Counted from the first letter of the stretch, positions 11,401-22,987 are shown. The stretch: DNA of 64,000 nt from an uncultured Acidimicrobiaceae bacterium (GCA_963774485.1 CAVZFG010000003.1:1150-65149), one strand, 5' to 3'. Notes: generated by a model not told the origin, from the sequence alone. Translations and numbers: made by a program.

Positions 11401-13242
11401 GACGTTGCGTCGGCGTTGGCCTACGCAACGCAGTTGCCCAACGGCACACAGGAACTCGACTTCAACGGTGTGGGTCCCAACGTCTACAACCCCTCGACGT
11501 ACAGCTACCTGCTGACGCCGACGACTGGATGGTCGCCGTCCAAGGGCGACACCATGAGCCAGTTCGTCAATTACGCCCTCACGCTAGGGCAACAGATGGC
11601 GCCGTCGTTCGGTTATGCCAGCCTGGGGCTCGCGCTCGAGCAGTATGGGATCAATGCCGTGCAGCACAACGTGCCCGGCGCGGTCCCGCTGACAGCAGGC
11701 GAACAGCAGGCCTACGCCTGCGGTGACCTCACCCCGAGCGAAGTGGCCGCCGGACAGACGACGCCGTCGTGTCCCAGCGGCGGAAACGGCAATGGCGGTC
11801 AGACTTTCGGTTCGGGCGGTGAAGTCACAACGGACTTCTATGGTCAGGCTGACGGCATCAATGCGATTGCGACCCTGCCCGACGGCGACACGTTGGCCGC
11901 TGGATTCGCGCTCAACCCCGCTATTGGCGAAGAGACGGCTCTGACCGAATATACAAGCGCGGGAACCCTCAACTCGAATTTCGGCACGGCCGGAAAGGTC
12001 GTCCTCGACTTCAATTTGGGTGGCAATAGCGCGGTCACGGCGGTCTATGTCGACCCAGACGGCTCGATCATGATCGGTGGGTATGCCTACAACCCGACTC
12101 TCCGGGTACAGCAGTCGTTCGTTGCGCGGTTGACGTCGAACGGCACGTTGGACCAGACCTTTGGTGCGGGAGGTGTCTACCTAACTCAATCGTCACCCGC
12201 CTGCTCGTCCAGCGAAGTCGCGGCATTCTCCGGGCTGTTGGCCGGAGATGTCGCAGCCCTCGTGACCTGCTACGACGTGGCCGCTGGTGGGACATCTGGG
12301 AGTTTCGAGATACTCGGAGTCGCTCCGAATGGGCAACTTGACCCGTTGTTCGGGAACAACGGCGTGACGCCGTTGAATCTGTTGTCGGATCCCGATGCCG
12401 GACCGTTTGGACAGGAGCTGGGCTTTCTCAACACGCCAGTCGGCTTCATGGCCGAAACGTCGCAGGGCGTGTACGTCGCCGCGGCATCGCAGGTCAATGG
12501 GCAAACCGGGATCGAGATCGAACGGATCCTCTCCAATGGTCAGGTCGACCAGAGCTTCGGTACGGGCGGACTGACCATCATCTTGCCATCTGATTTCGGG
12601 TGCACAACACCCCAGAACAGCTCGACCTGCTTCGGAATGTACCGACCCCAGAGCATCACGACACAGCAGGTGTCCGATGGCAGCCAGGAACTTCTCATTG
12701 GCGGCCAAGACAACGAGACCAACCAGGCCGCAGTCATCAGATTGCTACCCGATGGGGCGATCGACACCGGATTCGGTACAAACGGCCTGGCCGATGCCGG
12801 CTTCAGCGGGCCCGCTTCCGCCATTACGACTCAAAACGATGGTGCCGTTCTAGTTGGTGGCACCGATGACCCGGCTGGTGCAGGTGCAGATCTTATGGCT
12901 GTGGCCAGACTGTCCGGCAATGGCCAACTCGACACGACTTTCGGGAACCAGGGATACACCGAGATCCGGTTCGGATCTTACGGTGCGCAGTTGACTTCTC
13001 TCGCCGTCGATCCGTCCGGTGATTACATTGCAGGCGGCGCAACGTTGACTGGCTCCAACGGACCGTTGACAATTCATTTCGCGCTTACTGAACTGGCCGG
13101 TTCGTCGGATCCCCCAGACGCATTGCCGGAGACCGCCGACGTCTTAGCCCTTCCGGTCACAGCCATGGGAGTGATTGGGTTGTTCGTGATGGCGCGGCGG
13201 CGAAAGATCGCTCGTAGACGCTGCCCGATATCAAAAGGGTAG
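8430..13242 (+). CDS. Giant cell-surface protein: signal peptide, NCS-like head, five Big_1-like Ig repeats, PstS-like domain, delta-60-repeat beta-propeller, C-terminal anchor-like tail
   Basis: ORF 8430-8681 has a signal peptide (MFLKWGRLAAAILGAGLLSAGLV). It continues into ORF 8716-13242 if a 1-nt shift near 8675 is allowed (..DDGLNNNN / NVNIVECSAPNGVVPTQTSACDG). Five roughly 105-aa repeats carry the pattern ..VTLL..G.PV.GK.VSL....G.....TD..GQ.SF.VTD.VAQSVTLTATDTTD. The PstS signature reads ISGTGSSFASPAIDTWV..INWSPSNSGAGRYEF..VDFAMSD..ITNWDDPAI. Delta-60-type repeats read LNSNFGTAGKVVLDF..DPDGSIMIGGY..VARLTSNGTLDQTFGAGG. The tail reads LPETADVLALPVTAMGVIGLFVMARRRKIARRR. Confidence 0.85.
9037..10636 (+). 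repeat. Five tandem, diverged coding repeats of about 315 nt (Big_1-like Ig domains) inside the giant surface protein
   Basis: Periodicity is visible at the protein level and partly at the DNA level. For example, compare ggaaaggcagtcagcctgcaggcttcgtcggg (about 9786) with ggaaaggcggtcagcctccagtcgagctcggg (about 10433). Confidence 0.7.
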
Positions 13243-13536
13243 TCAGGTCGGTCGCCTTTGGCCCGAGGCGACGGACCGCGCTAAGTCTGTGTTGCCAGCT
13301 TGAGCGTCGACCCGCCGCGACTGCCCTGTGACCTGAGGCAACTGTGATGGGTTGCCTGGCACCAAGTCGGCTCCCCCCCCCCCGTTTCCTGGGTGGCTGC
13401 GGTCGGTGCCCTCGGCGCCCCCGCGCGGCCGTTTCGCCGCCGTTCCGCGCCACGCGCTCCTCTCCACCGCGTACTCGGTGAGTGCAAACGGACTCGAAAC
13501 ATCGAATCTCCGCCGCGAGGAGGTTTCGCGGATGCC

Positions 13537-15969
13537 CTATCTCCTGTCATCCAGGAGGTCGCCCGGCTTTGACCGCGTGGCGGCGAGTGCAGGTGCAATC
13601 GCGATGACGTTGGCGCCCACGAGGACCCCGACGGTGATCGCAACGATGAGCAGGGCCGGCACCACGGTGACCGGGACGACCCCCAGGTTGTTGGCGAACA
13701 CGTCCCAGACCGTCTTTCCGATGACGAGCCCCAGCGGGACGCCCACCACGACGCCGACGAAGGCCAGCGTCGTGGCCTGCCAGGAGACCGTCGAAACGAC
13801 CTGGCCGTTCACGAAGCCCAGGACCTTCAACAGGCCGACCTCCCGACGGCGCCGCGCCACGCTCACGACGAGCAGGTGCGCCAGGGTCGCCGCACCGGAC
13901 ACGGCCAGCATTACCCCGAAGATGAGCGGGAAGTTGACCGCCTCCCCGAAATTGACCAGGGACGTCGGCGCGACGGGCTCCGTGGTGATCGGGGCGTACG
14001 CGGCGAGATAGCGGTCCAGCGCCGCCTTCCCCCGCGGGCCCGAGGCGAAGCTCACCCGGATCCCGCCGGTCTGCAGGCCACCCGTCTTTTGTATGCACTC
14101 GGCCGAATGGGGACCGGTGGGGCACGCGACGTGCACGAGGTCGGCCGTCGTCATCAGGACGCCCGTGCCGAGGCTCACGAACCCACCGAACTGCGGGAAG
14201 GAGGTCTGGGCCACCACCCGGAACGGCTCGGTGCGCCGGGCACCGGAGTGCGTGGTCACGGTCACGTCGACGACGGATCCGACGTGTGCGCCGACCTGGT
14301 GCATGGTCGTGACGCCGAGGCCGACCTGGTCGTCGCCGACCGGAGGATGCCCGACGACGGTCGAGAAGAGGAGCGGGCCCTTGATCGCCGTCCCGACGAT
14401 GCTCCCGACGATCTTCCCGTTGACCGTGATGTCCGCCGCGCCGACGCCCTTGGTGATGCCGGTGACCTCCGGATTGCCCTCGAGGCTCCTGAGCAGGGTG
14501 GCGCTTGCCGGATCGAAGCTGACCTGCTCGGGGTCGCCCCAGAGCCGGGGCGTCGCCGTGAGGTGGGTGAGGCTCGCACCGAAGACGCCCGTCGCGCAGA
14601 GGGCGACGACCGCCAGCACCAGTCCCAGGAGGGTGGAGCCGAGTGGGACGGTAGAGGTGGGCCCGCCCGATCGGCGCTCGAGCGCGTTGCGGACCCCGAT
14701 CACCGCGGTCGGCGGTGCCCCCAACGTGACCAGGTGCCCCACCACGGCCGAGGGGCGGGACGGCACCGACAGCTCGTCGGCCCGTCGGGTGCGCGCCGCG
14801 CGCCACGCCGGCCAGGTGCCGAGGGCCAGCACGACCAGCACGGTGGCGAGTGCGCCGAGGGGGAGCACGAGCGGGTCGAACGCGATCCCGGTGGAGGCCT
14901 CGGCCAGGCGTGCCTCGCCGAGCGGTGCGATCGGGGACAGCGCGGTGGCGATCAGGACGGCCCCGCAGGCGCCGGCCAGTCCCACCACCAGGTTCCGTGT
15001 CATGTCCAGCGCGAAGAGCTCCCGCCGTGACATGCCGACCGCGACCAGGGTCGGATGGTCCTCACTCTCGGCGGCGCTCTGGCGGGCCAGGGCCTGGCCC
15101 ACGACCGCCAGCCCGACGAGGGCAGCGAGCGCGGCGAGGATCCACCACCCGACGGCCTGGGGATGGATCGAGGCCTCGATGGTGGCGGCGACCCCGTCCT
15201 CGCTGGAGGAGCCCACATTGGGACCGGTGCCGCCGAGGTTCAGGGATTTCTCCTGCTGGTCGAATTGGATGATGCCGGCGGCACCGTGACGAAGGCGGAC
15301 GTAGTACTGGTACTGCACCGCGGTGTGGGGGAGCACCGAGCGCGCGAACCCGGGGCCGGCGTAGAGGAGGTAGACGGGGGTGGTCCCGGCGGGGAACTCG
15401 AATTCGCTGGCCTCGATCCCGACCACGGTGAGGGCCGGGTGCGGGCCGTGCGGGTTGGGTGTCCCCGTGTTCGGATTGTTGTAGTCAGCGGCCTCGGAAG
15501 GTGCCTCGAACGGGACGTGGATCACCGTTCCGACGTGCACCCCGTCGTCCTGTTGCAGTGTGAACGAGGCCAGGACCTGGTCGGGCTGCGACGGGTCGGG
15601 CAGATGGCCCGAGACGAGCGTGGAGAGCGACGGGCCCCCGCCGGTCACGACCGCCACTCCGAAGTCGTTCCCGTTGATCGAATGGGCGCATCCCTGACAG
15701 GTCGGATTCCCCGCATCGGGCAGGATCAGTTCCGTGGCGGAGGCGATTCCGGGGAGGTGGGCGAGCGCGGGGACCGGTCGGAAGGCGTAGACGACGGTGT
15801 CGAACCCGTGCGCCGCCACGAACCGCGGGAACGCGTTCTCCGTCCGCCGGCCCGCGGCCGCGGCAGCCAGCACGAGACCCCCGACGACGCTGATGAGGAG
15901 CGCGATGGCCAGCCAGGACCGCCAACGGCGGCGTAGCCCGGCGTGGAACACCAGCCTGACTGCTCCCAC
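13537..15969 (-). CDS. ABC-transporter permease, FtsX/MacB-like with two FtsX modules; no cognate ATPase adjacent
   Basis: Intact 810-aa ORF. The N-terminus reads RRRWRSWLAIALLISVVGGLVLAAAAAGRRTENAFPRF. A large extracytoplasmic segment is followed by TM bundles, twice over, and the C-terminal FtsX-like block reads VGLLKVLGF..VVGVPLGLVIG...IAPALAATRSKPGDLL. Confidence 0.85.
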   Translation of the reverse strand: MGAVRLVFHAGLRRRWRSWLAIALLISVVGGLVLAAAAAGRRTENAFPRFVAAHGFDTVVYAFRPVPALAHLPGIASATELILPDAGNPTCQGCAHSINGNDFGVAVVTGGGPSLSTLVSGHLPDPSQPDQVLASFTLQQDDGVHVGTVIHVPFEAPSEAADYNNPNTGTPNPHGPHPALTVVGIEASEFEFPAGTTPVYLLYAGPGFARSVLPHTAVQYQYYVRLRHGAAGIIQFDQQEKSLNLGGTGPNVGSSSEDGVAATIEASIHPQAVGWWILAALAALVGLAVVGQALARQSAAESEDHPTLVAVGMSRRELFALDMTRNLVVGLAGACGAVLIATALSPIAPLGEARLAEASTGIAFDPLVLPLGALATVLVVLALGTWPAWRAARTRRADELSVPSRPSAVVGHLVTLGAPPTAVIGVRNALERRSGGPTSTVPLGSTLLGLVLAVVALCATGVFGASLTHLTATPRLWGDPEQVSFDPASATLLRSLEGNPEVTGITKGVGAADITVNGKIVGSIVGTAIKGPLLFSTVVGHPPVGDDQVGLGVTTMHQVGAHVGSVVDVTVTTHSGARRTEPFRVVAQTSFPQFGGFVSLGTGVLMTTADLVHVACPTGPHSAECIQKTGGLQTGGIRVSFASGPRGKAALDRYLAAYAPITTEPVAPTSLVNFGEAVNFPLIFGVMLAVSGAATLAHLLVVSVARRRREVGLLKVLGFVNGQVVSTVSWQATTLAFVGVVVGVPLGLVIGKTVWDVFANNLGVVPVTVVPALLIVAITVGVLVGANVIAIAPALAATRSKPGDLLDDRR

Positions 15970-16030
15970 GGCACGCTCCCTCCGTCACCCTCAGCCTGAC
16001 CCTCCCAACGGGGGTTACCAAGGTGGCCAG

Positions 16031-16078
16031 CCTGCGAGGCCCTCTCGTGGTGGCCCCGCGAGGCCCGCTCGTGGTGGC
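16031..16078. repeat. Tandem 24-nt direct repeat, two copies with 2 mismatches
   Basis: cctgcgaggccctctcgtggtggc (16031-16054) is followed immediately by cccgcgaggcccgctcgtggtggc (16055-16078). The repeat sits in the intergenic region between the FtsX permease and the NTase cassette. Confidence 0.85.
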
Positions 16079-16100
16079 ACCACCCGCCCCAGTGGGCCGC

Positions 16101-16123
16101 CATAGTGGGTAACATAGTGGGTA
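16101..16123 (+). promoter_or_regulatory. Tandem 12-nt direct repeat (CATAGTGGGTA twice) abutting the cassette start codon; candidate operator or leaderless promoter
   Basis: catagtgggta (16101-16111), then one nt, then catagtgggta (16113-16123). The ATG of MAYVVARP starts at 16123. A TAACAT -10-like hexamer at about 16110-16115 would suit a leaderless transcript. Confidence 0.4.
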
Positions 16124-16590
16124 TGGCCTATGTGGTCGCACGCCCCAGAGGGCGCTTCGAGATACGGGAGTCGGTCCACACCCCCAAAGGCCCCCGGGCC
16201 CGCTCCCTCGCCGGCTTCACCCGGCTGACCGACGAGGTGCTGACCACCGCCGGCCACAGGGCCACCCGGCCCTTCGATGCCGAGGCGGTGCGGGCCAGTG
16301 CGGCGCGCGCCGCGGCCGTCACCACCCCGCGTCACCGGCGCCCCGAGACGCGGCAGTTCGTCGAGTCCTCGCGCCGGATGGCCGCCGCCCTCGAGACGCG
16401 TCCGCCGCGGGCGGGCTCTCCGCACGATCGGGACCCGGGCGACGCCCTCATCGACCTCCTCGGCCTGGTCGCCCAGGTCTCGGCCTTCGGGCCCCCTCGC
16501 GCCCCGGAGCCCCTCCGATTTCCGCCCCTGGCCCGCCTGCGGGCGGCGCGCGGCCCGGGCGTCGCGGTGAGGGGCGGGACCTTGCGTTGA
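16123..16590 (+). CDS. Hypothetical protein, first gene of the two-gene NTase cassette (possible antitoxin or regulator)
   Basis: ORF 16105-16590, with the preferred start at ATG 16123 ([32 protein letters not shown]). The stop TGA (16588-16590) overlaps the TTG start of the next gene (16587). No family was recognised. Confidence 0.55.
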   Translation: MAYVVARPRGRFEIRESVHTPKGPRARSLAGFTRLTDEVLTTAGHRATRPFDAEAVRASAARAAAVTTPRHRRPETRQFVESSRRMAAALETRPPRAGSPHDRDPGDALIDLLGLVAQVSAFGPPRAPEPLRFPPLARLRAARGPGVAVRGGTLR

Positions 16591-17177
16591 GCGAGACCGA
16601 ACAGCTCGGCAACCTGGTCCCCAAGATCGTCTCGCTCCACGAGATGCTCGATTCGGCCGGTGTGCCGCACCAGTTCGGCGGGGCGCTCGCACTGGCCTGG
16701 TACCGCAACCCGAGGGCGACCACGGACATCGACGTCAACGTGACCCTGCCTCCCGCGGCGGCGGAGCCCGTCCTCGAGCTGTTGGCCCGACTGGGCGTGA
16801 CGATCGCACCCGAGGATCGGGCCGCCATCGCCCAGGACGGGCAGGCGAGGCTCGACTGGGACGGCTCCTACCTCGACGTGTTCTTCGCCACCATGGACTT
16901 CCACCTCGAGATGGCCGAGTGCGCCCGGATGGTCCGCTTCGGCCCGGTGGACATCCCGATTCTCGCCCCCGAGCACCTCGTCGTCTGCAAGGCCATCTTC
17001 GATCGCCCCAAGGACTGGCTCGACATCGAGGAGATGCTGCGCTGGGGCACCGAGGTCGACGCAGCGCGCACGCTCTTCTGGGTGGGCGAGATCCTCGGCC
17101 CGGAGAGCGAGCAGTACTCCCGCCTCGCGGGGCTGCTGTCCGCCGGGGCGGCCGGCTCCCCTCGTCGCACCGATTAG
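16587..17177 (+). CDS. Minimal nucleotidyltransferase-fold protein (Pol-beta superfamily, MNT / DUF2204-like)
   Basis: ORF 16587-17177. The G-G-x(n)-D-x-D NTase signature is [24 protein letters not shown] further acidic position lies in SYLDVFF, followed by a helical C-terminal half. Confidence 0.7.
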   Translation: MSETEQLGNLVPKIVSLHEMLDSAGVPHQFGGALALAWYRNPRATTDIDVNVTLPPAAAEPVLELLARLGVTIAPEDRAAIAQDGQARLDWDGSYLDVFFATMDFHLEMAECARMVRFGPVDIPILAPEHLVVCKAIFDRPKDWLDIEEMLRWGTEVDAARTLFWVGEILGPESEQYSRLAGLLSAGAAGSPRRTD

Positions 17178-17221
17178 GTCCGATTGGGACGTCGCGACGC
17201 CGCCCCCTAGCATCCCGGTCC

Positions 17222-19447
<2,226 letters not shown>

Positions 19448-19647
19448 CCTGGGTAGCACCCCCGGTACGATGCAGTCCTGACTCCCGCCCGCAACACCGC
19501 TCCCGCCCCGGCGCACGCCGTCACGGGCTATTCGCAGCCGTGAAACCGCGGCGAAACACATGCCTGGCACCCTGAGACCCGTGGGAGACCTCTTCGACGG
19601 CTACGGCGCGGCCGCACGCCGGGCTGACCGAGGCCGCCTTCGACGAG

Positions 19648-21090
19648 ATGGTCGGGCGTGACGGCGAGGCCCGGACGCCCTACGCCGCCGTGGCCTCCTC
19701 GCTGGCCCAGATGGGTCCCGAGGACGTCTCGGCCCGAGCCTCCCGCCTGGCCCGGGCCTTCATGGACCAGGGGGTCACCTTCGACCTCGACGGCGAGGAG
19801 CGGCCCTTCCCCCTCGACGTGGTGCCGCGGATCTTCACCGCCGCGGAGTGGTCGCAGGTCTCCGACGGGGTGGCCCAGCGGGTGCGGGCGCTCGAGCTGT
19901 TCCTGGCCGACGTCTACGGCGCCGCACGCATCGTCAGCGACGGGCTCATCCCCCACGAGGTGGTCACCAGCTCGCCGGGGTTCGTGCGGGCGGCCTACGG
20001 CTACTCCCCGCCGAACGGGGTGCGCATCCACGTGGCCGGGATCGACGTGATCCGCGACGAGGACGGCGAGTTCCGGGTGCTCGAGGACAACCTGCGCAGC
20101 CCGTCGGGCGTGAGCTACGTGCTGGCCAACCGGGCCGCCATGGCGCGGGTGCTGCCCGAGCTGTTCTGGGGTCAGCCCATCCAGATGGTCACCGACTACC
20201 CCGCCCGCCTGATCAACGCGCTGCGCCGCGCCGCGCCGGCGTCGGTGCCGGACCCCACGGTCGTGGTGCTGACCCCCGGCGTGCACAACTCGGCCTTCTA
20301 CGAGCACGCCCTGCTGGCCCGCCTCATGGGCGTGCACCTGGTCGAGGGTCGTGACCTCGTGTGCCACGGCACCGAGGTCTTCCTGCGCACCACGGAGGGC
20401 GAGGTGCCGGTGCACGTCATCTACCGGCGCATCGACGACGAGTACCTCGACCCGCTGCAGTTCCGGCCCGAATCGCTGGTGGGCTGCCCGGGCGTCATCA
20501 ACGCGGCACGGGCCGGACGGGTGACCATCGCCAACGGCGTGGGCAACGGGGTGGCCGACGACAAGCTCGTCTACACCTACGTGCCCGGCGATGATCCGCT
20601 ACTACCTCGGCGAGGACCCGATCCTCCAGAACGTCGAGACCATGCACCTGGTCGACGACGCGATCCGCAAGGACGCGCTGGCCCGTCGGGGCGATCTGGT
20701 GTTCAAGCGGGTCGACGGGTCGGGCGGCAAGGGACTGGTCATCGGTCCCGCGGCCACGGGGGCCGAGCTCGACGAGCTGGCGCTCGAGGTGGAATCCGAT
20801 CCCCGCCACTGGATCGCCCAGCGGGTCGTCGCGCTCTCCACGTCGCCGACCTGGGTCGACCACGCCATGGTCCGGCGCCACGTCGACCTGCGGCCCTTCG
20901 TCGTCAACGACGGCGAGGACATCTGGGTCCTCCCGGGTGGCCTGACCCGGGTGGCCCTCCAAGAGGGCGGCCTGGTGGTCAACTCCAGCCAGGGCGGCGG
21001 CTCCAAGGACACCTGGGTCGTGGGCGGCGGGCTGTCCATGCCCGTGCTCCCGCCGCGCCAGGCCTCACCGTTGCTCGCGGGGCCGCCCAT
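19648..21090 (+). CDS. Circularly permuted type-2 ATP-grasp protein (COG2308 family); frameshift near 20590, 3' end uncertain
   Basis: ORF 19648-21168 is sensible up to ..[16 protein letters not shown]. It then continues in ORF 20591-22111 ([59 protein letters not shown]). A GTG at 19581 (VGDLFDGYG) in another frame may be the real start. There is no in-frame stop before the alpha-E domain. Confidence 0.8.
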
Positions 21091-21124
21091 GGACGTCGGG
21101 CCGGTGGCCGACGGCGAGCTCGGC

Positions 21125-22111
21125 ATGCACAGCAACAGCAACAGCAGCAGGCAGGACCGTGCCGGTGACACCCGCGCCCTGTTGAGCCGGGTGGCCGAGT
21201 CGATCTTCTGGGTGGGCCGCTACGTGGAACGGGCCGAGGGGACGGCGCGCATCCTCGACGTCTCGGTGTACCAGGCCCTCGAGCAGAGCGACGTCGAGGG
21301 CTCGCACGCCGCCCGCCGGCTCCTGGCCGTGATGGGCCTGCCCGACTCGGGCCGCGAGACGCTGTGGCAGGCGACGGAGCGCCTGGCCACCGACGCCGAG
21401 AGCCGGTCGTCGATCGCGGGGGCGCTGGCCGCGGCGCGGAGAACACGCCGCGCCGTGCGCCACGTCGTGCCCGTCGAGTTCTGGGAGCACATCAACGCCA
21501 CGTGGGCCGAGCTGCCCGGCGCGCTGGGAGGCCGGCCGGCGGGCGGGCCCCGCCTTCTACCTCTCCTTCGTCAAGACCCAGTGCGCCGGCATGACGGGCC
21601 TGGCCGACACGATGATGAGCCGCGACCAGACCTGGCTCTTCTTCACGCTGGGCCGCTGCCTGGAGCGCACCGACGTGGTGGCCCGGCAGCTGGCCACGGT
21701 GGCCTTCGACGAGGTGTTCGACAGCGGTCTCGTCATGCTGTTGCGCTCCTGCGGCGGCTACGAGCCCTACCTGCGCCTGTCCCAAGGCGTGGTGGAGCCG
21801 GGCCGCGTCCTGGACTTCCTCCTGCGCGACCGGCTCTTCCCCCGCTCGGCCTTCGCGTCGCTCACGCTGGCCGAGGAGTGCCTCGACCAGATCAACGCCG
21901 GCCGCGACGCGACGTGGGACGACGCCCGCGGGCTGGTCGGCCTGGCCCGGGCCGAGCTGGAGTACTCGGCGCCGGCGACGCTGGCCCGGGGGCTCGAGAC
22001 CCGGCTCGAGCGGCTGCAGGCCTCCATCTCCTCGGTGAGCGACGCCGTGACGCGGCGCTACTTCGCCCAGGACCCCCGATGCAGTGGCGCAAGGGAGGCG
22101 GGGGAGGGTGA
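21125..22111 (+). CDS. Alpha-E domain protein (COG2307 family); frameshifts near 21545 and 22075
   Basis: LLSRVAESIFWVGRYVERAEGTARILDV (frame of ORF 20591-22111) continues in ORF 21591-22952 (GLADTMMSRDQTWLFFTLGRCLERTD..LRSCGGYEPYLR..AVTRRYF). Restoring one C in the CCCCC run near 22075 gives a stop at 22109-22111, overlapping the GTG start of the next gene (GTGA). Confidence 0.75.
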   Translation: MHSNSNSSRQDRAGDTRALLSRVAESIFWVGRYVERAEGTARILDVSVYQALEQSDVEGSHAARRLLAVMGLPDSGRETLWQATERLATDAESRSSIAGALAAARRTRRAVRHVVPVEFWEHINATWAELPGALGGRPAGGPRLLPLLRQDPVRRHDGPGRHDDEPRPDLALLHAGPLPGAHRRGGPAAGHGGLRRGVRQRSRHAVALLRRLRALPAPVPRRGGAGPRPGLPPARPALPPLGLRVAHAGRGVPRPDQRRPRRDVGRRPRAGRPGPGRAGVLGAGDAGPGARDPARAAAGLHLLGERRRDAALLRPGPPMQWRKGGGGG

Positions 22112-22952
22112 GCCGCGGCGACGGGTGGCGGCTGCGGGTCTCCCACGAGACCCGGTTCGACTACGACGCCCCGGCGCGGGCCTCCTACAACGAGCTGCGC
22201 CTGACCCCGCGGACCGAGCTGCGCCAGACCGCGCTCGAGACGAAGGTGTCCACCCTGCCCGCGGCGCCGCAGTACTCCTACATCGACTACTGGGGCACCC
22301 ACGTGGTGGCCTTCAACGTCGACCGCGGCCACGAGGTGCTGACCATCACGGGGAGCTCGCTCGTCGACACCCAGCCGGCCGACGAGCCCGAGGACTGCAC
22401 GTGGGAGGAGGTGGCCGACGCGTCCTCGACCATGGCCGACCACCTGTCGCACAACCTCTACACGGCACCCGGCCCCGAGCTGTCGGGGATCGCCGGCGGG
22501 CCTGCGCGCCGAACGCCCGCTCCAGACGGCGCGGAACATCATGGCCGCGACCCACGACGCGCTGCGTTACGTGCGCGGGGTCACCTCGGTGCACACCTCG
22601 GCCTACGAGGCGTACAGCGACGGGGCGGGCGTGTGTCAGGACTTCGCGCACCTGGCGCTGGCCCTGGCGAGGTCCGTCGGGCTGCCGTCCCGCTACGTGT
22701 CTGGTTACTTCCACCCCGAGGAGGACGCCACCATCGGGGAGGAGGTCCACGGGGAGAGCCACGCCTGGGTGGAGGTGTGGACGGGCGCGTGGTGGGGCTA
22801 CGACCCGACGAACGACTGTCCCGGTCGGGGAGCGCCACGTCGCCGTGGGCCGCGGGCGCGACTACGCCGACGTCCCACCGGTCAAAGGCATCTACGCCGG
22901 CAACGCCGAGAACACCATGCGGGTGGTCGTGCGCATGACGAGGACCAACTGA
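22108..22952 (+). CDS. Transglutaminase-family protein with bacterial N-terminal TGase domain; frameshifts near 22500 and 22815
   Basis: WRLRVSHETRFDYDAPARASYNELRLTP (ORF 22084-22938) is followed by ..GVCQDFAHLALALARSVGLPSRYVSGYFHP..ESHAWVEVW..WWGYDPTN (ORF 22541-23659). The end is ..GERHVAVGRGRDYADVPPVKGIYAG..MRVVVRMTRTN (end of ORF 21591-22952). A Cys-His-Asp TGase core is visible. Confidence 0.8.
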
Positions 22953-22987
22953 GCGGGCCGGGTCGGGCCGATGCCGTGCTGACCCGG

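Noticed and set aside
21128-21150. A short AGC/AAC triplet repeat (cagcaacagcaacagcagcag) considered as a contingency locus.
   Set aside because: It has only about 7 imperfect units and lies in frame within a linker. It is mentioned under the ATP-grasp operon finding but is not convincing as a slippage switch.
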